A stretch of DNA of 64,000 bases from Candidatus Micrarchaeota archaeon (GTDB lineage: Archaea > Micrarchaeota > Micrarchaeia > Norongarragalinales > SBBD01): positions 9,862-73,861 of the forward strand of contig JACRGC010000001.1 of assembly GCA_016212475.1 (NCBI GenBank), written 5' to 3'. The notes under the pieces are model-generated. The model was given only the letters and a program-made list of their open reading frames with translations, did no database searches and had not been told where the DNA came from. Below, in pieces: positions 58,676 to 64,000 of the stretch. Numbering within the stretch: position 1 is the first letter of the stretch; each line of letters begins with the position of its first letter. The position numbers and the translations under genes are program-made.

Positions 58676-59875
58676 ATGGAAAACGATTTCTACGGATTGC
58701 AATTGCCCAATTTTCAAACGCCCAAAACCCCGCGGGATTTGCTTTTATCAAAAATCATGACAAATTCATTGCTAAGCCCCCTCAAAGCTGAAATGTTTGG
58801 CCCAACTCCCCCAAATATTTTTGTTGGAAGGGCGGGCTATCCTTTTGTTCAAGTCGGCCCTCTTATTGGCGCTGACGAATCCATAGATGCTTCGCTATAT
58901 GATGACCCCAAAAAATGGTATGGGCTTCCAATTGAGGATATCGTAAAATTCCGATCATCCCTTGTGCGCGGAAAAAAGCTTTCGCACATAAAAAAAAGCC
59001 GCGAGCTGTTTGATTTGCAAGATTCCGTGCTTTCCCAAAAAACAGTTGACATGGAAGTGAAGTTCAAAAAACCTCCTGCCCGGTCCATGTATTTTCACTC
59101 AATTTTCCAGCCAATGGGCCCAACAGGTGAATATGAATCCCTAAAACTGGCAAGCAACCCATCAATTCCCAAAAAAGTCGATTCCATTGTAAATGAGGAT
59201 ATTACGGCTGTAACTGCTTTTTCGGAGCTTATGGATCGGAATTATGATGTCTACTATCTGCAAAAGCTGCTCTCGGCCGGCTTGCTTGGCAGGGAAAAAA
59301 GCAAAAAGCTCGTTCCGACAAGGTGGAGCATAACCGCTGCGGATAAAATTTCAGCCGACATTCAAATCGAAAAAATCAGGGATTTGCCTCAATTGAATGA
59401 AATTTTGCTCTATTCCAACACTTACCTAGCAAACCATTTTGAAATCCTGCTTCTTCCTGGCAATTGGGAATTCGAGCAGTTTGAGAACTGGGAATCACAT
59501 GAATCCAACCAAGGAAAGGAAGGCTGGTTTTTGGAGCATGAATATGAGCCATTTGAAGGAAGGAGCGATTATGCAAAATCGGAAGGAGGCGGCTACTACG
59601 CAGGAAGGCACTCGGTTGCAATGTTTTTGGCAGAAAAATTAAAGCGGCAGGCAAGAGCAGTTGTTATCCGCGAAATCCACAAGGAATACGACATTCCTGT
59701 TGGCGTTTGGGAAATCCGCGAGAATGTTTCGCATGCTTTTGAAAATCCGCCAATCAAGCTTGAATCAATTGCGCAAGCTAAACTGCTTTTGAATTCAAGG
59801 CTCCAAAACCAAGCTGAAATGTATTTCCAGAAAAGCAGGATTTTGCCGCAAAGGAAGCTTTTGGAATTTGCGTAG
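58676..59875 (+). CDS. nreA: Nre-family DNA repair protein
   Basis: PPNIFVGRAGYP, KLVPTRWSITA, GGYYAGR, PVGVWEIRE, C-terminal PIP box QRKLLEF. Confidence 0.9.
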   Translation: MENDFYGLQLPNFQTPKTPRDLLLSKIMTNSLLSPLKAEMFGPTPPNIFVGRAGYPFVQVGPLIGADESIDASLYDDPKKWYGLPIEDIVKFRSSLVRGKKLSHIKKSRELFDLQDSVLSQKTVDMEVKFKKPPARSMYFHSIFQPMGPTGEYESLKLASNPSIPKKVDSIVNEDITAVTAFSELMDRNYDVYYLQKLLSAGLLGREKSKKLVPTRWSITAADKISADIQIEKIRDLPQLNEILLYSNTYLANHFEILLLPGNWEFEQFENWESHESNQGKEGWFLEHEYEPFEGRSDYAKSEGGGYYAGRHSVAMFLAEKLKRQARAVVIREIHKEYDIPVGVWEIRENVSHAFENPPIKLESIAQAKLLLNSRLQNQAEMYFQKSRILPQRKLLEFA

Positions 59876-59983
59876 GGAAAAATCATTGAAATCAAATATT
59901 GCATTGCAATCCTTCCTTTGATTATTTCCAAAACCGTTGCGAAGGATTAAAAATCTCCTTGCAGAGCTATTTACGTGTTTTAA

Positions 59984-60829
59984 ATGAAACTCCTTTTGCC
60001 TATTTTATTTGCCTTATTTTCCCTATTTTCAGCTTCGCTAATTGCCGCCGAAGTAAACGGGAGGGTCATGATGGTCCAGCCATTCCAAACCGAAATACAT
60101 GAGGGGGATCTGATCGATCTTGGAACAGTTGGTCCCGGCCAAAAGCTTGAAATTGAAATAGCCCAAACCAGCAACATTTATGATTTCAACGGAGCAGAGG
60201 AGGTTTGGAACAGGCTCAAAATAGATGATAGTTCCCTTCCATTATTTTGGCGGTCCGATTACAGCCTAAGATATGAGGCAAACCCAAAAGCGTTTGTTTA
60301 TGTTAGCGAGCAAACCTCGGATGGGGACTACGAATTTTCACTTTACACCGAAAGGGATTATGGGACAGCAGCAAAATACCCGGTCCATTTCAAGGCTAAA
60401 GTTAAAGTTTCCAAGGATGTTTTCAAGCTTGAAATAAGCCAAAAAAGCGTAACTGGCGGCGCCAACCAGCCAACTGTTTTTCTAATTGACCTGACAAATA
60501 CGGGTTCGGCAAGCGATGCATTCAACATCGAGGCAATTTCGGGCCTTCCATCTGCATGGAAGTACAAAAAACAGGTTTTCGTTCCGCACAATTCAAGGAA
60601 GCAGATACAATACGAGGTTGTGGCATCCGAGCAGGGCGATTTCTTCCTAACTTTCAAGGGGACTTCGCTTTCATCCGATTTCATTGCTTCGGAAGATACC
60701 GCAACATTATCCGCAAAAAGCACGCTTATTCAGGACATGAAATCAACAGCAAATGGCGTTTTGCTATTCCCCTTCCTTACGCAATCCGTGTATTATCTGA
60801 TGGGGTTAATTGCGAATACTTTCTTCTAA
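59984..60829 (+). CDS. Secreted/membrane-anchored hypothetical protein (Ig-like)
   Basis: Signal peptide, LGTVGPGQ, LTNTGSASDAF, C-terminal hydrophobic tail. Confidence 0.7.
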   Translation: MKLLLPILFALFSLFSASLIAAEVNGRVMMVQPFQTEIHEGDLIDLGTVGPGQKLEIEIAQTSNIYDFNGAEEVWNRLKIDDSSLPLFWRSDYSLRYEANPKAFVYVSEQTSDGDYEFSLYTERDYGTAAKYPVHFKAKVKVSKDVFKLEISQKSVTGGANQPTVFLIDLTNTGSASDAFNIEAISGLPSAWKYKKQVFVPHNSRKQIQYEVVASEQGDFFLTFKGTSLSSDFIASEDTATLSAKSTLIQDMKSTANGVLLFPFLTQSVYYLMGLIANTFF

Positions 60830-60899
60830 TTTGTGCGCCGAAAATCTAATTCGAATCAAAAAATTGATCTGGTTTCGCATCACGTGTTGCGCATATTTT

Positions 60900-62069
60900 T
60901 TACTTTTTATTCGTCATCGCCCTTTTCATTTCCCTAATTCCAGCATCCGTTTTGATCCCAGTTGAAACATAGTGCACTTTGCACGAGTCAAACCCCTGCA
61001 TTTTCAAGGAGAGCATGATATCATCGGTTTTTCGGACAACCAAGCTGAATTTTTTTGCCAGCACGTGCAAATCATAAAATGTGGGCCCAAAATCGTTTTC
61101 AGCAATTAGAAACTTGATGAATTTTAGGATTTCCAGATCACTTGGAAGCAAATCTCCCTTTTTTTGCACTTTGTCTCTAAGCTTTATTTCCAAATCCTTT
61201 TCCATTTCCAAAAGCAGCCCTTTTTTTTGCATTTTCCCAATCCAAAGTTCGCCGGCGTATTCGAACTTGTTTTTGCAATTGTCGCATTTTCCAATTATCC
61301 GCTTAGAAACCTTCCTGTTCAGGCATTTTTCGCAGTGCATGATGTAGCCAATTTCCTCAAGCGATTTGTCCGCAAGATCCGAATTCCTCTCGCATAGCAC
61401 CATCGCCTTGATTGCATGCCCGCGGTAAAATGAAACCAGAGGCTGGCAGCCGTAGTCTTGCAAAGCAAGCTCCTTTGCAATTTTCCCAATCAGGATTCGA
61501 AGGGCAATCTCATGCGAGTATTCATTCCTAATTGGTTTGGCATTGTAGTGCTTTTTTGTTGGAATTGTCTTCCCCCCTGCTAAATTGGCAAGGTCGGTTG
61601 CTGTAATTGAAAGTATTCCTATTTTCTTGAGTTTTCGAATTGCATTTTGCAAAAAGAACACGGGCGAGCCAAACGGGTCTATTTCAATGAAATCGAAATT
61701 CTCCGATGAGTTGACAAAGAACTTATTCAAATCCTCTTCAGCTACTTTTGCGTTCTTGAGTCCATTCAATTTGATGTTCTTTTTGAGGACTTTGATCGCA
61801 TCCGGGTTAGCATCCACAAAATACACTCGCTTGAGCTTGTTTTCCTTGGCATACAATATTCCCCTAGAGCCAAGCGCGCAAAGCCCATCCACAACTGTGG
61901 AATCATCAAGCATTGGCAAACAGAACTTGAGAGCAAGCGAAGAAACCTTCCGGTTAAAGCCCATAGCCGGATTGTAAAACACCGGAAGGTGGAAGGGATC
62001 TGAAAAAGCTTTTTCCGGAACCAGAAGTTTTGCATTTCCCTCATTGACTGTGATGAATTTGGTTTTCAT
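60900..62069 (-). CDS. trm1: tRNA (guanine-26 N2)-dimethyltransferase
   Basis: VFYNPAM, IDPFGSP, ITATD, CxxC pairs, GELWIG, GIKTDA. Confidence 0.93.
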   Translation of the reverse strand: MKTKFITVNEGNAKLLVPEKAFSDPFHLPVFYNPAMGFNRKVSSLALKFCLPMLDDSTVVDGLCALGSRGILYAKENKLKRVYFVDANPDAIKVLKKNIKLNGLKNAKVAEEDLNKFFVNSSENFDFIEIDPFGSPVFFLQNAIRKLKKIGILSITATDLANLAGGKTIPTKKHYNAKPIRNEYSHEIALRILIGKIAKELALQDYGCQPLVSFYRGHAIKAMVLCERNSDLADKSLEEIGYIMHCEKCLNRKVSKRIIGKCDNCKNKFEYAGELWIGKMQKKGLLLEMEKDLEIKLRDKVQKKGDLLPSDLEILKFIKFLIAENDFGPTFYDLHVLAKKFSLVVRKTDDIMLSLKMQGFDSCKVHYVSTGIKTDAGIREMKRAMTNKK

Positions 62070-62096
62070 AAAAATTCCTTGATTTATATTGAATTT

Positions 62097-64000
62097 CTAG
62101 GCAGGTTGCGGTGGCAAGGGAATTGCGGGTTTAGACGTTGTTGTCGATGGAACATAATCCGAAGATTCATATGGTGGGCTTGCTTTGCCTTTCAGGAATT
62201 CCTTGATTTTGCTGATTGCTGCGCATGAACTCAATGCAGTTTTTGCCAATTGGTATTTTGACGGGGTTGCAATTGAAAGCGCCTCCAGAGTTGCACAGGT
62301 TGAAAAGTCTCCGGCAATTGCAAACGAAACCAATGAGGCTAGCGTGTTAATGGTGTTTGCGTGCTCCGGATACTTGTAGGTTGCCATATAGCCAGCTGCC
62401 CCTATTGCCAATCCGGTATAATCCATCTTGCATTTAGCATTTATGCCTACGTGGATGTTTGCTCTGATTTGGTTATCAGAAACATCTGAAAATACATAAC
62501 TTTGTTTTGGTGTGCACCAGCATCCTTCTCCGCCAACAGATCCTGCCGGGCAAGTCATGGTTGCAAAACGAAATACCCTCCAATCCGGCAAATCCATGTC
62601 GACCAATGTCCCTCCAGGAGGCGCAAACTGCTTGAACACATTAATTCTCCAAAAAGTGCTAACTGCATAAGATGGCATCAATTGTTTTTTTGTAGCGGCT
62701 TGTTCAATGCTGGCAAAGCTGGCATGCTGCTCATTTTGGACGCATTTTTTGTCGGATTTTAGAAAATCACAAAGAGGCAAATAATTCCCGGGCGATTGGT
62801 AGCCGTGAGTTGAAGATTGCGCAAGTTCAGGTGTCAAATCGCCGTTTTTGCAAAGTTCTTCGGAGCTTACATAATTTAGCTTGTAAAGCCTTGCAATTCT
62901 TGCCCTATACTCGAAGTTTATGCCATCTTCCGTTGATGCCTGCACCACATAAATTTTTGGATTTTCATTCAAGCATCCGTACCTTGAAGCTGTATCCTCA
63001 ACTGTAATTCCAGATGGCAAATTCGCATTCTGAATTAGGCGCATAACCGTTGTAAATACAAATGGCTTTTGCAAAACTTTTTCTTGCAGGTAATTATTCC
63101 CCCTTCTGAAAACAGAAGCCTTAGCCGCTTCAGCTGCAGCGGTTTTGAATTTTGCAAATGCCTGTGAAGCTGCAGGCTGCGTGCACCACTTGGACGAACA
63201 GCATCCATAATCATAGCAAGCTGGAGTCCTTCCGCCTTGATTATCAATACTAGGGAAATACGTATCACTTGAAGAGTAGGTAATTGATTCAACTGGCGTA
63301 TCTTCTTCCCTAAGTTCAAGCGTTCCAGCCCCACTCCAAGCAAAACTAGAAGCATCTGAATTTTGGAATTCGATTTGCAGATCTTCCATAGTATAATCCT
63401 TTGGCACTTGCTTTTGCGAAATTATGTGAAATAGCTTTGATGCGCTTCCTGAAATCTGCCTAGGAAGCATCGAAACTGCCTTGAATGGCAATTTCTTAAC
63501 CGACACTTCAATTGGGAGTTCAATTGGATTCAATCCAACAGCCGTGCAAACAACCTTCAATTTTGCGCTATTATCCCCCAAAGCATTATCCCCAACTGAT
63601 TTAAGCGGGCAATTTTGCGAAAGTTCACTACCCCTAAACACCAAAACGTTATTTTCAATGGAATAGCATGGCTTTGTTGATCCGGCAACAATTTCATATA
63701 GGGCTGTGCATTTGCCGGCCCCATCGAATTTGATTGGAATGGCATCAGCTGGAAGCAAGGAGTCGATTTGCATCTTTATTTTTGAGTTTGCAACCTGCAA
63801 TTTCCCATCCACAAGATCTATTTTGACCTCGCTGGCAAAATTATTTTCAGATGGAACCAAGCAAGAACTTCTGCACTCCCCATCCGAGCAATAGAATTTC
63901 CCTTCATCGCAAGTTGGAGCGGGGGGGATTTCCTCCTCATCATTTCCGGAATCAAAATAATCCCCAAGGCAGATAAGCGAGCATAGATCCCCGCCGCATT
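62097..64000 (-). CDS. C-terminal part of a large Cys-containing surface protein; start lies beyond the window
   Basis: Frame stays open from 63860 to the window edge (CGGDLCSLIC...). Confidence 0.75.
   Translation of the reverse strand, partial: CGGDLCSLICLGDYFDSGNDEEEIPPAPTCDEGKFYCSDGECRSSCLVPSENNFASEVKIDLVDGKLQVANSKIKMQIDSLLPADAIPIKFDGAGKCTALYEIVAGSTKPCYSIENNVLVFRGSELSQNCPLKSVGDNALGDNSAKLKVVCTAVGLNPIELPIEVSVKKLPFKAVSMLPRQISGSASKLFHIISQKQVPKDYTMEDLQIEFQNSDASSFAWSGAGTLELREEDTPVESITYSSSDTYFPSIDNQGGRTPACYDYGCCSSKWCTQPAASQAFAKFKTAAAEAAKASVFRRGNNYLQEKVLQKPFVFTTVMRLIQNANLPSGITVEDTASRYGCLNENPKIYVVQASTEDGINFEYRARIARLYKLNYVSSEELCKNGDLTPELAQSSTHGYQSPGNYLPLCDFLKSDKKCVQNEQHASFASIEQAATKKQLMPSYAVSTFWRINVFKQFAPPGGTLVDMDLPDWRVFRFATMTCPAGSVGGEGCWCTPKQSYVFSDVSDNQIRANIHVGINAKCKMDYTGLAIGAAGYMATYKYPEHANTINTLASLVSFAIAGDFSTCATLEALSIATPSKYQLAKTALSSCAAISKIKEFLKGKASPPYESSDYVPSTTTSKPAIPLPPQPA

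Overview
Archaeal genomic window, most consistent with a metabolically less-reduced DPANN archaeon (Micrarchaeota-like). It has archaeal information and lipid genes (aIF5A, S6e, Trm1, Pth2, RIO1, Nre, DGGGP synthase, archaetidylserine synthase), FtsZ/SepF, ADP-dependent sugar kinase, enolase, nadAB, pyrBI, folD, giant membrane-anchored proteins, class III signal-peptide pilin-like genes and three toxin-antitoxin pairs. The main result is a set of interrupted genes that the ORF track misses. (1) The apparently intergenic region 9456-9860 is a tRNA-Ile(UAU) gene split by five bulge-helix-bulge (BHB) introns. Three of them carry a repeat whose three tracts co-vary in length, as expected for a triple helix. 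(2) rtcB, the tRNA-splicing ligase, is itself interrupted by a 32-nt BHB-type intron just before the catalytic DINC motif, so its mRNA would need the tRNA-splicing machinery. (3) The divergent neighbour LonB stops after the N-terminal half of an intein, a candidate natural split intein. All calls come from reading the sequence by eye; no database searches were run.
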